Assembly: GCF_002854065.1 (NCBI RefSeq)
Contig: NZ_CP024147.1
Length of the DNA: 64,000 nucleotides
From: Escherichia coli
GTDB lineage: Bacteria; Pseudomonadota; Gammaproteobacteria; Enterobacterales; Enterobacteriaceae
Strand: one strand, 5' to 3'
The notes beneath the pieces are model-generated. The model was not told where the DNA came from, did no database searches, and saw only the letters and a program-made list of their open reading frames with translations. The position numbers were made by a program, and so were the translations under genes. Shown in pieces: positions 50,486-60,484 of the stretch (within the stretch, counting starts at the first letter, position 1; every line of letters begins with the position of its first letter).

Positions 50486-52117
50486 GTGTTAACGCTGCTT
50501 CACCTGCTTTCTGCCGTCGCCCTGCTGGTCTGGGGGACTCATATTGTTCGAACCGGCGTAATGCGCGTCTTCGGCGCGCGTTTGCGTACTGTCCTTAGCC
50601 GGAGCGTCGAAAAAAAGCCGCTCGCCTTTTGCGCGGGGATCGGCGTTACCGCACTGGTGCAGAGCAGTAATGCCACCACCATGCTGGTGACCTCGTTTGT
50701 CGCTCAGGATCTGGTAGCCCTCGCACCGGCTCTGGTGATTGTGCTGGGTGCAGATGTCGGGACGGCGCTAATGGCGCGTATTCTCACCTTCGACTTATCC
50801 TGGCTGTCACCGTTACTTATTTTTATCGGCGTGATTTTTTTCCTCGGACGCAAACAGTCACGCGCCGGGCAACTGGGCCGCGTCGGTATTGGTCTTGGGC
50901 TGATTTTGCTGGCGCTGGAGTTGATTGTGCAGGCCGTAACGCCGATCACCCAGGCAAACGGCGTTCAGGTAATCTTTGCCTCGCTGACCGGCGATATTCT
51001 GCTGGATGCGCTGATTGGCGCGATGTTCGCCATTATCAGCTACTCCAGCCTTGCTGCTGTACTGCTGACTGCGACTCTGACCGCCGCAGGCATTATCTCC
51101 TTCCCCGTGGCGCTCTGTCTGGTGATTGGTGCTAACCTCGGTTCCGGCCTGCTGGCGATGCTCAACAACAGTGCCGCCAATGCCGCAGCCCGCCGTGTCG
51201 CGCTGGGTAGTTTGCTGTTTAAGCTGGTGGGTAGCCTGATTATCCTGCCGTTTGTCCATTTGCTGGCAGAGACAATGGGGAAGTTGTCATTGCCAAAAGC
51301 GGAACTGGTGATCTATTTCCACGTCTTCTACAACCTTGTACGTTGCCTGGTCATGCTGCCATTTGTTGACCCGATGGCACGGTTTTGCAAAACGATTATT
51401 CGCGATGAACCGGAACTGGATACCCAGCTACGGCCCAAACATCTGGATGTCAGCGCGCTGGATACGCCCACGCTTGCTCTGGCGAACGCCGCGCGCGAAA
51501 CCCTGCGCATTGGCGACGCCATGGAACAGATGATGGAAGGGCTGAATAAAGTGATGCACGGCGAGCCACGGCAGGAGAAAGAGCTGCGTAAGCTGGCAGA
51601 TGATATCAACGTTCTCTATACCGCCATTAAGCTGTATCTGGCGCGGATGCCAAAAGAAGAGCTGGCGGAGGAAGAGTCGCGCCGCTGGGCGGAGATCATC
51701 GAAATGTCGCTCAACCTTGAACAGGCCTCCGATATCGTCGAGCGCATGGGGAGCGAAATTGCCGATAAATCGCTGGCAGCACGGCGGGCATTTTCGCTTG
51801 ATGGCTTGAAGGAACTGGATGCGCTCTATGAGCAATTGCTCAGTAATTTAAAACTGGCAATGTCGGTTTTCTTCTCTGGTGATGTTACCAGCGCCCGTCG
51901 TTTGCGCCGCAGCAAGCATCGCTTTCGCATTCTTAATCGCCGCTATTCCCACGCCCACGTCGATCGCCTGCATCAGCAAAACGTGCAGAGCATTGAAACC
52001 AGTTCGCTACATTTAGGCTTACTGGGAGATATGCAGCGTCTGAACTCGCTGTTTTGTTCGGTGGCTTACAGTGTGCTGGAACAGCCGGATGAAGATGAAG
52101 GACGGGACGAGTATTAA
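50486..52117 (+). CDS. yjbB: Na/Pi-cotransporter family inner membrane protein YjbB
   Basis: 543-aa ORF, GTG start with RBS aaggag, highly hydrophobic N-terminal 350 aa and soluble C-terminal domain. Confidence 0.88.
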   Translation: MLTLLHLLSAVALLVWGTHIVRTGVMRVFGARLRTVLSRSVEKKPLAFCAGIGVTALVQSSNATTMLVTSFVAQDLVALAPALVIVLGADVGTALMARILTFDLSWLSPLLIFIGVIFFLGRKQSRAGQLGRVGIGLGLILLALELIVQAVTPITQANGVQVIFASLTGDILLDALIGAMFAIISYSSLAAVLLTATLTAAGIISFPVALCLVIGANLGSGLLAMLNNSAANAAARRVALGSLLFKLVGSLIILPFVHLLAETMGKLSLPKAELVIYFHVFYNLVRCLVMLPFVDPMARFCKTIIRDEPELDTQLRPKHLDVSALDTPTLALANAARETLRIGDAMEQMMEGLNKVMHGEPRQEKELRKLADDINVLYTAIKLYLARMPKEELAEEESRRWAEIIEMSLNLEQASDIVERMGSEIADKSLAARRAFSLDGLKELDALYEQLLSNLKLAMSVFFSGDVTSARRLRRSKHRFRILNRRYSHAHVDRLHQQNVQSIETSSLHLGLLGDMQRLNSLFCSVAYSVLEQPDEDEGRDEY

Positions 52118-52128
52118 TACCGTGACCC

Positions 52129-52202
52129 TGTAGGCCTGATAAGACGCGTAAAGCGTCGCATCAGGCACTATGAACAAGATGCCGGATCATGCATCCGGCA
52201 AT
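52129..52202. repeat. REP elements between yjbB and pepE
   Basis: gtaggcctgataagacgcgtaaagcgtcgcatcaggc and gccggatcatgcatccggca palindromic units. Confidence 0.85.
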
Positions 52203-52206
52203 TCAC

Positions 52207-52896
52207 TTAAAAACGGTGACCCGCTTCCAGCGGAACCGCTTCTTCACCGGCCTTAAACACATAGGTGGTGTTCGGGCCACCCAGCGTTGCGTGACCTTTA
52301 CTCACTGTGATCCAGTTACCTTCCGGTAGACCAATAATCGTCAGTTCTGGCGCGACGACCAGCAGTTCGCGAATACGCTGTTCACGGGTTTCACCTTTAT
52401 GGCCTTCCGGCAGCGCGTTGGTGAAGTGCGGGTTGATTTGCAACGGGAACAGATTCAGCGCATCGAAACCTTGCGGATCGACAATCGGCATATCGTTGGT
52501 GGTACGAATGGTTGGGCAAGCAAGGTTAGCGCCTGCGCTCCAGCCAATATACAGTGCGCCACGTTTAACCACGTCAGTAATTGGTGCCAGCAGCCCGCGC
52601 TCGCGGCACTGTTTCAGCAACTGGAAAGTATTACCGCCGCCGACAATCACGATCTCAGCATTTTCAATCGCGGCAACGGGATCGACAACGCTATGAATAC
52701 CGGTGACAGAAACACCCAGCGGAGCGAGAACCGCAGCCGTTTTCTCTGTGTAATCATCCCAGGTCTGCGTTACGCCAGCGAAAGGGATAAACACCGCTGA
52801 GCGGCGACCCTGCAACTGTTCAGCAATTAGCGGCAGTGCATGTTCCAGCCAGGCTTTACCCGGCAGCGTCGAGTTACTCAATAAAAGCAGTTCCAT
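52207..52896 (-). CDS. pepE: dipeptidase E (alpha-aspartyl dipeptidase)
   Basis: 229-aa [31 protein letters not shown], recognised PepE. Confidence 0.93.
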   Translation of the reverse strand: MELLLLSNSTLPGKAWLEHALPLIAEQLQGRRSAVFIPFAGVTQTWDDYTEKTAAVLAPLGVSVTGIHSVVDPVAAIENAEIVIVGGGNTFQLLKQCRERGLLAPITDVVKRGALYIGWSAGANLACPTIRTTNDMPIVDPQGFDALNLFPLQINPHFTNALPEGHKGETREQRIRELLVVAPELTIIGLPEGNWITVSKGHATLGGPNTTYVFKAGEEAVPLEAGHRF

Positions 52897-53017
52897 TACT
52901 TCTCCGGTTAGTAAGAAATCACGGAAGGAATGCTACCACTGCGAATTTAACCACTTACTGACATGGCTCACGATGTCACGTATTGCACAGGCGCTGAGAC
53001 TGATGACAAACACAGCA

Positions 53018-53120
53018 TTGCCTGATGCGCTACGCTTACCTGGCCTACCAGATAACTGCAATATATTGAATTTTCAAAATTATGTAGGCCGAATAAGGCT
53101 TTATTCCGCATCCGGCATAA
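53018..53120. repeat. REP elements at pepE / sor operon junction
   Basis: gcctgatgcgctacgcttacctggcctac and gtaggccgaataaggctttattccgcatccggca. Confidence 0.8.
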
Positions 53121-53277
53121 ACAATGTGTACTTTGCCACCAATTTGAGCGCCCCTTAAGGCGCTGATGTTTTTTTATCCTTCTCGTGCACATTGGGCCGC
53201 TTCAGCAATCAGCCGCACATCAGGTCGCGAAGTTGCCGCGGCGACCAGCCAGCGACATGCAGAGTTAAGTAGCGCGA

Positions 53278-54507
53278 TTAATCATGGGAAATTGCCTCTG
53301 CATGAGTGAGCAGATATTGCTCCGCCTCACCGGACCAGATCCCCTGATGACGCGCCAGAATCGCCGCCAGTGCTTGATCCTGAATCTGCGTGAGTGACGT
53401 CAGCGGCAGGTATTTCCCGGTATACACCAGCTTTTTGCCGCCGCCGACGGCAGGCAATTCAAGCGTGGTTTCGCCCGCGGCATTCAGCCCAAGAATATGT
53501 GTTACCACTTTTGCGGCCTGCACTTTTTTCTCTTCGATCAGTTTGACCGCCGCGCGCATGTCGTCGGTATTGCCGCCTGACGTGCCCACGTAGTGGGTAA
53601 ATGCATAATGCACATCGTAGAAATTAATTGGCGCGCTGAAATGTTTATCCTGCGGTCCGGCGAAGAAATTCAGGCAACCATCTGTCGCCAGCAAGGAAGA
53701 GGCGAGAGTCACCAGTCCTTCATTAGGCACAAAGACGAAAATATCATCGAAGCCGTGACCGCCACTCAGCGCCATTAGCGTATCAAATGCTGCATCGGTG
53801 GCATTGAGATAATGAATCAGTGTTTGCGATTCTGATGGATAGTGCTTGCGCGCATAACTCAATTTATCGTTGTCGGTATCGGTAATGACGAGCAGCGACG
53901 GGTTAACGGGTCCATGCAGCGCATAATCAATCGCCAACAGTCCCATTGGTCCGGTGCCGCCGAGGATCAGCGTGCGCCCTTGCGGGCGAATCCCCATCGT
54001 GTGGTTATAACTACCTTCCTGAAGATGATAGTTGGCGTTGAACGCGCCAATCACGCAGGAAAGCGGTTCAACCAGCGAGCCTTCAAAATAGGTTTCGCCG
54101 TCGTATGCCAGCAGGCAATCTTGTTCCATGACCTCGTTGGGAATAACCACATGCGTGGCTTCGCCGCCTACCCACGGGAAGGAGTAGCCGGGGCAGTCCG
54201 GGCGGTCGGGGAGTTGCAGGTTGGCCTGAATCACATAACGCTGACCCGGCTGGAATTTGTGCTGCCACTTTTTACCCACGGCCAGAATATCGCCGCAAAA
54301 CTCGTGGCCGATGATGATTGGGTTGGTCGCCACATCGTCGGGTACTTTTTTATGGTTTTCACCCAGGTTGGCCTCTTTCCAGGAAGAGAGGCACAGGCTG
54401 TCAGTGACCACCGTCGCGAGGATTTCTTCCTCCTGCATTTCAGGAAGGTCAAAGGTTTCCAGGCGTAAATCACGTTTACCATAAAGACGCAGAGCTGTTG
54501 TTTTCAT
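53278..54507 (-). CDS. sorE: L-sorbose-1-phosphate reductase (zinc-dependent MDR dehydrogenase)
   Basis: 409-aa product from MKTTALRLYG; GHEFCGDI zinc-ADH motif and Rossmann GGTGPMG; last gene of seven-gene sor cluster. Confidence 0.8.
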   Translation of the reverse strand: MKTTALRLYGKRDLRLETFDLPEMQEEEILATVVTDSLCLSSWKEANLGENHKKVPDDVATNPIIIGHEFCGDILAVGKKWQHKFQPGQRYVIQANLQLPDRPDCPGYSFPWVGGEATHVVIPNEVMEQDCLLAYDGETYFEGSLVEPLSCVIGAFNANYHLQEGSYNHTMGIRPQGRTLILGGTGPMGLLAIDYALHGPVNPSLLVITDTDNDKLSYARKHYPSESQTLIHYLNATDAAFDTLMALSGGHGFDDIFVFVPNEGLVTLASSLLATDGCLNFFAGPQDKHFSAPINFYDVHYAFTHYVGTSGGNTDDMRAAVKLIEEKKVQAAKVVTHILGLNAAGETTLELPAVGGGKKLVYTGKYLPLTSLTQIQDQALAAILARHQGIWSGEAEQYLLTHAEAISHD

Positions 54508-54558
54508 AAACCACCTCATGTTGAGCGATGGCCCCGGCAGTCGTGCCGGGGCGAAGAA

Positions 54559-55383
54559 TCAGGACAGGAAGCCCAGCGCATTGCCGATAATTCCTAAGCC
54601 AAACAGGGCGAAAATCAGCCATACCGGGTTAATTTTTTTGTTGAGCAGACGAACCATTAGTAGCGTCAGACCGAGCGCCAGCAAACCAGGGCAAAGTTGG
54701 TCGAGAATGTTCTGCACGGTCATGGTGACGGTGGAGCCATCGGCGGCATGCGTTTGTGAAACCACCAACGGTACGTTGATTGACGTCCATTTGGTGACCA
54801 GCACGCCCATCACAAACAGTCCGAGAATCGACGCGCCTTCGGTGAGTTTTTGCAGCACATTCCCGCCCATATCGCTGACGATATTCACCCCTTTGCGAAA
54901 GCCGAGCTGTAGGCCATACCACTTCATCGCCAGACGCACCGCGTTGAAAATAAAGAAGAACAGCAGCGGGCCGAGAATGTTGCCCGAAAGTGCCAGAGAT
55001 GCGCCGAGCGCGGCGGTAATCGGGCGCAGCGTTCCCCAGACCAGTGGGTCGCCAACCCCTGCCAATGGTCCCATCAGACCGACTTTGATGCCGTTAATGG
55101 TACCGTCATCAATTTCCGCGCCGTTGGCCCGCGCCTCTTCCATGGCGGCAGTGACGCCGATGACCGGGCCACATACGGCTGGCGTGGTATTGAAGAACAC
55201 CAGGTGTCGCCTGAGCGCCGCAACCTGATCCTCTTTTAATGGGTAAAGTCGCTTGATGGCGGGGATCATGTCGTAGCAAAAACCCAGCCCGTGAATACGT
55301 TCAAAGTTAAAGGACGCCTGTTGCAGGTTGGAGCGCAGAAACATGCTCACCAGATCGCTGCGTGTAATTTTTCTCTGTTCCAT
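54559..55383 (-). CDS. sorM: PTS mannose/sorbose-family EIID component
   Basis: 274-aa product from MEQRKITRSDLVSMFLRSNLQQASFNFERI, resembling ManZ N-terminus; multi-TM. Confidence 0.8.
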   Translation of the reverse strand: MEQRKITRSDLVSMFLRSNLQQASFNFERIHGLGFCYDMIPAIKRLYPLKEDQVAALRRHLVFFNTTPAVCGPVIGVTAAMEEARANGAEIDDGTINGIKVGLMGPLAGVGDPLVWGTLRPITAALGASLALSGNILGPLLFFFIFNAVRLAMKWYGLQLGFRKGVNIVSDMGGNVLQKLTEGASILGLFVMGVLVTKWTSINVPLVVSQTHAADGSTVTMTVQNILDQLCPGLLALGLTLLMVRLLNKKINPVWLIFALFGLGIIGNALGFLS

Positions 55384-55393
55384 GATGGCTCCG

Positions 55394-56191
55394 TTAATCG
55401 TCAAGTTGGTCAAGGGCGGTGGAGGCGGTGGCCTGGAGTTGAGGTTCAGCTTTACGCCACTGTGGATTTAGCTGGATGTAGACCAGGGCCATGATCACGC
55501 CGACGCCACCGAACGCCAGCAGACTGAGATCGAGGTAGCCACCTGCGAGGAAACCGAGGAAAAAGAAAGGCATCAAATATTTCACGCCCATCATACGTAG
55601 CACCATGGCGTAACCGACCACCACGATAAAACCGCCAGCAATCTGTAGTCCTCGGGTCACAAATTCGGGAATGGCGTTTAACATATTGCTGACCATATCG
55701 GCGCTGACGAACAGCGAGACAATCAGTGCCGGAATAGCAACGCGCAGCGCCTGCACGCCAAGCGCGGAGACATGCAGAATATCGAAAGTGCGAAACCGCG
55801 CCTCTTCCGCTGCTTTATCCGCCGCGTGCTGGAACACTACGGTGATGGTACGGGCAAACACCGTCAGCACCTGGCCTGCCGCAGCCACAGGCAACGCGAT
55901 GGCGATTCCGGTGGCGATGCTTTGCTGACCAACGATAACCAGAATGGCGGAGATTATGCTGGCGAGTGCAGAGTCCGGAGATTGCGCCGCGCCGACGTTC
56001 ATCCAGCCGAGAGCTATCAATTCCAGCGTACCACCGAGTATTATTCCGGTTTTTAAATCACCGAGAATTAAACCAATCACCGTACAGGCAATTAACGGGC
56101 GATGAGTCTGAAATTCATCCAGCACGCTGCCCATTCCGGCAATACAGGAAAAAAGAAATATAGCAATAATTTGTAGGGTACTTATTTCCAT
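55394..56191 (-). CDS. sorA: PTS mannose/sorbose-family EIIC component
   Basis: 265-aa hydrophobic ORF MEISTLQIIAIFLFSCIAGMGSVLDEFQ, ManY-like. Confidence 0.8.
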   Translation of the reverse strand: MEISTLQIIAIFLFSCIAGMGSVLDEFQTHRPLIACTVIGLILGDLKTGIILGGTLELIALGWMNVGAAQSPDSALASIISAILVIVGQQSIATGIAIALPVAAAGQVLTVFARTITVVFQHAADKAAEEARFRTFDILHVSALGVQALRVAIPALIVSLFVSADMVSNMLNAIPEFVTRGLQIAGGFIVVVGYAMVLRMMGVKYLMPFFFLGFLAGGYLDLSLLAFGGVGVIMALVYIQLNPQWRKAEPQLQATASTALDQLDD

Positions 56192-56256
56192 GATTTGTCA
56201 CCTTTTAAGTGTCGTCATCCCTGCCTGTTAAAGCATATGTACACAGGCGCTATTAT

Positions 56257-56751
56257 TTAATTTGCGATTAACTGTTCGTTTATTTTGTCGATAATATTGA
56301 TTGAGGGATCTGACGCTACGACGCGTAAATCCAATATGACGCCAAGATTATTTAACTCATGAAATGCGTTAATATCATCATCATCTAATGAAACCGCTTT
56401 GGTTAACTGTTTTTTACCGGGCCGCCAGGCCATGCCGCCAATATTCAGGGTGCCTATTTTTACCCCCTGGCGAACCATCGCTAAGGCATCCTGTGGGCGA
56501 GTGAAAAGATAAAAAACGGTTTCGTCCTGATATTGCGGGTTGTGATAAACCGCGATGGCTTTTTCAATATTGACCACGTTAACCTTCATTCCCGGTGGCG
56601 CAGCCTGACGCAATAATGTCCGGCGAACTTCATCGTTATAAACTTCGTCATTGCAGATAATAATGCGCTGGGCGTTAGCCACTTTCGACCAGACGGTAGT
56701 GACCTGACCGTGGATCAGGCGGTCATCAATGCGGGCGAGCGTAATGTTCAT
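56257..56751 (-). CDS. sorB: PTS mannose/sorbose-family EIIB component
   Basis: 164-aa ORF with RIDDRLIHGQV phosphohistidine motif of EIIB-Man family. Confidence 0.8.
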   Translation of the reverse strand: MNITLARIDDRLIHGQVTTVWSKVANAQRIIICNDEVYNDEVRRTLLRQAAPPGMKVNVVNIEKAIAVYHNPQYQDETVFYLFTRPQDALAMVRQGVKIGTLNIGGMAWRPGKKQLTKAVSLDDDDINAFHELNNLGVILDLRVVASDPSINIIDKINEQLIAN

Positions 56752-57158
56752 CAGAAATCCTCCTCTGTCGTTGCCAGTTGTTTCCAGACAACGCAGGATT
56801 GCTTTGCGATTTGCGTCAGGTGTTCACACAGTTCATCAACATTCATGCTGTCCTGGTTATCAACCAGTTCGAGGGCCAGCGGCAGAGAAAGGCCGCTGAT
56901 TACCCGCAGACGAGGATTGCGCATCGCAAGCATCGCTGCCGCATTCCACGGGCTGCCGCACTGTAAATCCACGGTAATCAGCCACTCATCTTGATTGTGA
57001 ATGCTTACTAACTTTTCCAGCTTTGCTACGATGTCTCCGGCGTTCTCGCCGGGCACAAATTCAACGGCTTCAACATTGGTGTTGCCGTAAACCATCTGAA
57101 CCGATTCCAGCATGGCGCAAGCTAATTTGCCGTGGGCACAAAAAATGGCGTTGACCAT
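56751..57158 (-). CDS. sorF: PTS mannose/sorbose-family EIIA component
   Basis: 135-aa ORF MVNAIFCAHGKLACAML, EIIA-Man fold. Confidence 0.78.
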   Translation of the reverse strand: MVNAIFCAHGKLACAMLESVQMVYGNTNVEAVEFVPGENAGDIVAKLEKLVSIHNQDEWLITVDLQCGSPWNAAAMLAMRNPRLRVISGLSLPLALELVDNQDSMNVDELCEHLTQIAKQSCVVWKQLATTEEDF

Positions 57159-57167
57159 AAAGCCTCC

Positions 57168-57974
57168 TTATCCGCGCGTTTTGCCGCCCGCAATGTTAGT
57201 GGTTACTCCGGTGATGTAGCTGGCGCGTTCAGACAACAGATAACAAACAAAATCAGCGACTTCTGCTAATCTTCCGGCGCGCCCAATAGGAATGGCGTTT
57301 TTGGTATAGCCTTCACGCAGCTGCTCGACGGTGATATTGCGCGTCCACGCCAGCGCCTCTTCATATTCCGGCGTGCGTAGCCCGGTTTTTTCCAGAATCC
57401 CCGGCGCGATACCGACCACACGGATACCGTGTTTACCCAGCTCTTTCGACCAGGAGCGCGTGAAGCTATTGAGCGCGGCTTTGGTAGCGGCGTAACAGCT
57501 TTGTCCTTCTGAGCCTTCCAGTCCACTTTCTGAGGAAACATTCACAATCACGCCATCATGTTGTTTGACCATCTGTCGCGCCACCGCCTGCGACATCAGA
57601 AAAACGCCTTTCTGGTTGATATTGACCATTTTTTCGAATACAGCTTCGTTGAGTTCATACTTCCCGGCAGGCGCTTTCTCATCGACCAGCAGACGCGGGA
57701 AATTGACCCCGGCGTTATTGACCAGACCGTCGATGCGACCAAAACGCTGGATAATTTCCGCTACCGTATGATTTACCTCTTTGGCGCTGGAAATATCGGT
57801 CGGCCAAAACTGATAGCCTTTATGACCTTCATATTGTCCATCGCCACCGTGAATATCGACCATCTGTACATTCGCGCCTTGTGCTAATAATTCCTCTACA
57901 ATAGCCAGACCAATACCGGATGCGCCGCCGGTGACGATAATGATTTTATCCTGCAAATTTAACCACGTTTGCAT
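57168..57974 (-). CDS. sorD: SDR-family sorbitol(glucitol)-6-phosphate dehydrogenase
   Basis: 268-aa ORF with TGGASGIG cofactor motif and catalytic YxxxK (YAATKAAL). Confidence 0.8.
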   Translation of the reverse strand: MQTWLNLQDKIIIVTGGASGIGLAIVEELLAQGANVQMVDIHGGDGQYEGHKGYQFWPTDISSAKEVNHTVAEIIQRFGRIDGLVNNAGVNFPRLLVDEKAPAGKYELNEAVFEKMVNINQKGVFLMSQAVARQMVKQHDGVIVNVSSESGLEGSEGQSCYAATKAALNSFTRSWSKELGKHGIRVVGIAPGILEKTGLRTPEYEEALAWTRNITVEQLREGYTKNAIPIGRAGRLAEVADFVCYLLSERASYITGVTTNIAGGKTRG

Positions 57975-58043
57975 AACAGACTCCTGATTTTAGATAATAG
58001 GGACCCGCCGTAATTTTTATTACGATAATCATCGGGAAGATTT

Positions 58044-58991
58044 TTATTTCAGTAATAGTTCAGCTGTGCTGCTATTCGTTACCAGACAATTAATATATTT
58101 TCCACGCAGTGCACCAATAATTCCGCTGTATTTTTCTTCACTCATGGCAATGCCAATTGAATATCGTGCCTGCTTTAATTTATTCATTTCGATAGAGAGT
58201 GTTTTTTCGCTCATATTCGTTTCAACCATTGCGCCGTGAATATCAAAAAAGCGCGAGCAAATATCGCCAGCAACCTGGCGGGCATTCAGGTCGTCACTCT
58301 CTTCACCACCATAAAACGCATGCCAGTTAGCGCCGTCGCGAATGGCCGGTGAGCCAATTCCCACCAGGGCGACATCCAGATTATCCCAGTAGGCAGAGAT
58401 GGTTTTAAAGTGCTGAGACTGCATGATCCCATTACGAATTAAGGGGTTATCCAGCAGAGCCGGAAAATCCGCGAGATGCGATTCCCCTTTCAGCTTCGCA
58501 GCCGCGCTGTAGGTTAATGTGTTTACGTGATAGCGGCTTTCGAGTTTACCGGACGGTCCGCCAATAATTGGTACGCAGATTAACTGCCGCGATTGCCCCG
58601 CCTGCGGCAAGTTTTCAACCAGTGCGCTCACCGCGCGACCCCAGGAAAAACCGACAATATCGCCAGGCTCCAGCAAGCGATCCAGCAGTTGCGCGCCGTG
58701 TAACCCCATCATCGCCAGTTGAGTCTCTTCATCCTCATCATTTCCCGACACCACCACAACGTCTTTCAGGCCAAACTTTTGCTTCAGTTGCTGCTCCAGC
58801 CAGAGATTTTCGTTGTAGTCATAGTTGATGGCGATGGTGACAATTCCCTGATCGCGGCCTCGTTTAAGCAAGCGGCTGATGGTGGTGCGGTAAATACCCA
58901 GTTCGCGCGCGATTTGCGCCTGCGTCATATCCTGTTCGTAATAGAGTTGGGCAATCTTCACAATCAAACGGATATCGTCACTGTTTTCCAT
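58044..58991 (-). CDS. sorC: SorC-family transcriptional regulator of the sorbose operon
   Basis: 315-aa product from MENSDDIRLIVKIAQLYYEQDMTQAQIARELGIYRTTISRLL (N-terminal HTH) plus sugar-phosphate-binding domain; track ORF N-terminally extended. Confidence 0.8.
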   Translation of the reverse strand: MENSDDIRLIVKIAQLYYEQDMTQAQIARELGIYRTTISRLLKRGRDQGIVTIAINYDYNENLWLEQQLKQKFGLKDVVVVSGNDEDEETQLAMMGLHGAQLLDRLLEPGDIVGFSWGRAVSALVENLPQAGQSRQLICVPIIGGPSGKLESRYHVNTLTYSAAAKLKGESHLADFPALLDNPLIRNGIMQSQHFKTISAYWDNLDVALVGIGSPAIRDGANWHAFYGGEESDDLNARQVAGDICSRFFDIHGAMVETNMSEKTLSIEMNKLKQARYSIGIAMSEEKYSGIIGALRGKYINCLVTNSSTAELLLK

Positions 58992-59338
58992 TGCCGCCTC
59001 CTGGTTCTGCACATTTGTGCAAATACGCTTTCTCACCGCTTGATCTGATATAACCCCATCATGATGGCCTTTCAAAGCGATTTTTCACTCTTTGCATGGG
59101 GAGAAATAGCGCTTTCTCTTGCACATTTGTTTCTCTGCGCAGTAGTCATCAGCACAGGTGTGCAGCGATTCGTAATATGTTGATTATCCTTATTTTGACA
59201 GGCAAATTTGCATTGTACTTCCGGAGACACTTTTGTGATAAAAGGCGTGGCAGATCACATTTAATTTCGACGTTGCCGCATAACCCTGTTTTTCCCCGCT
59301 AAGAGGTACGGTATATTCCGCGTTTTACAGGAGAATTT

Positions 59339-60211
59339 ATGCTGCCCGACTCATCAGTCCGTTTAAATAAATACATCAGCGAAAGCGGAATTTGCTCACG
59401 CCGCGAAGCGGATCGCTATATCGAGCAAGGCAATGTGTTCCTTAATGGCAAGCGAGCCACCATTGGCGATCAGGTGAAACCCGGCGACGTTGTGAAAGTA
59501 AACGGTCAGTTGATTGAACCTCGGGAAGCCGAAGATTTGGTACTTATCGCCCTGAACAAGCCCGTCGGTATTGTCAGCACCACCGAAGATGGCGAGCGCG
59601 ATAACATTGTCGATTTTGTTAACCACAGCAAACGCGTGTTCCCGATTGGCCGCCTGGATAAAGACTCCCAGGGGCTGATTTTCCTCACCAATCACGGCGA
59701 TCTGGTGAATAAGATCCTCCGTGCGGGTAACGATCATGAGAAAGAGTATCTGGTGACGGTCGATAAACCGATTACCGATGAATTTATTCGTGGTATGGGG
59801 GCGGGGGTGCCGATCCTCGGGACGGTGACTAAAAAGTGCAAAGTCAAAAAAGAAGCGCCGTTTGTCTTCCGCATTACCCTGGTGCAGGGGCTGAACCGTC
59901 AGATCCGGCGCATGTGCGAGCATTTCGGCTATGAAGTGAAAAAGCTGGAACGTACGCGCATTATGAACGTCAGCTTAAGCGGCATTCCGCTGGGAGAATG
60001 GCGCGATTTAACCGACGACGAGCTTATCGATCTCTTTAAGCTCATTGAAAATTCCTCTTCCGAGGCGAAGCCCAAAGCGAAGGCCAAACCGAAAACAGCG
60101 GGCATCAAACGTCCAGTCGTTAAGATGGAAAAAACGGCGGAAAAAGGCGGTCGCCCGGCGTCCAACGGTAAGCGTTTTACCTCGCCGGGGCGTAAAAAGA
60201 AGGGGCGCTAA
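59339..60211 (+). CDS. rluF: 23S rRNA pseudouridine synthase RluF
   Basis: 290-aa ORF with S4 domain and RsuA-family catalytic motif ([13 protein letters not shown]), lysine-rich C-terminal tail. Confidence 0.92.
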   Translation: MLPDSSVRLNKYISESGICSRREADRYIEQGNVFLNGKRATIGDQVKPGDVVKVNGQLIEPREAEDLVLIALNKPVGIVSTTEDGERDNIVDFVNHSKRVFPIGRLDKDSQGLIFLTNHGDLVNKILRAGNDHEKEYLVTVDKPITDEFIRGMGAGVPILGTVTKKCKVKKEAPFVFRITLVQGLNRQIRRMCEHFGYEVKKLERTRIMNVSLSGIPLGEWRDLTDDELIDLFKLIENSSSEAKPKAKAKPKTAGIKRPVVKMEKTAEKGGRPASNGKRFTSPGRKKKGR

Positions 60212-60484
60212 TCAGCGCCTGCCGCGCGTCGACGTATTTGCTGACCAGCTAAATGACGCTTCAGGATCCGGTTTATAAGCCTGCTTTTTCTTCAATTGGC
60301 GGGCTTTTTTTGCTTCAGCCTCACGCTCAACCATTAATTTATCGATGTAATCTTTCTTAATGCTGTTGGTTTCGGAGTTGGTCAGTACGCGACCATGCGC
60401 AATCCGCGCCCGATCCAGCAGTGTTTTAAGTTCACGCTGCTCGCGTTCAGTCATCTCTTTTTGGGTAATACGGGGGAGTGCCAT
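60212..60484 (-). CDS. yjbD: DUF3811 family protein YjbD
   Basis: 90-aa basic ORF MALPRITQKEMTEREQRELKTLLDRA; stop codon abuts rluF stop. Confidence 0.85.
   Translation of the reverse strand: MALPRITQKEMTEREQRELKTLLDRARIAHGRVLTNSETNSIKKDYIDKLMVEREAEAKKARQLKKKQAYKPDPEASFSWSANTSTRGRR

Noticed and set aside
52973-53158. 61-aa ORF spanning the REP cluster between pepE and the sor operon
   Set aside because: The frame is made of REP palindromes and a terminator hairpin; no RBS; typical REP-derived spurious ORF.
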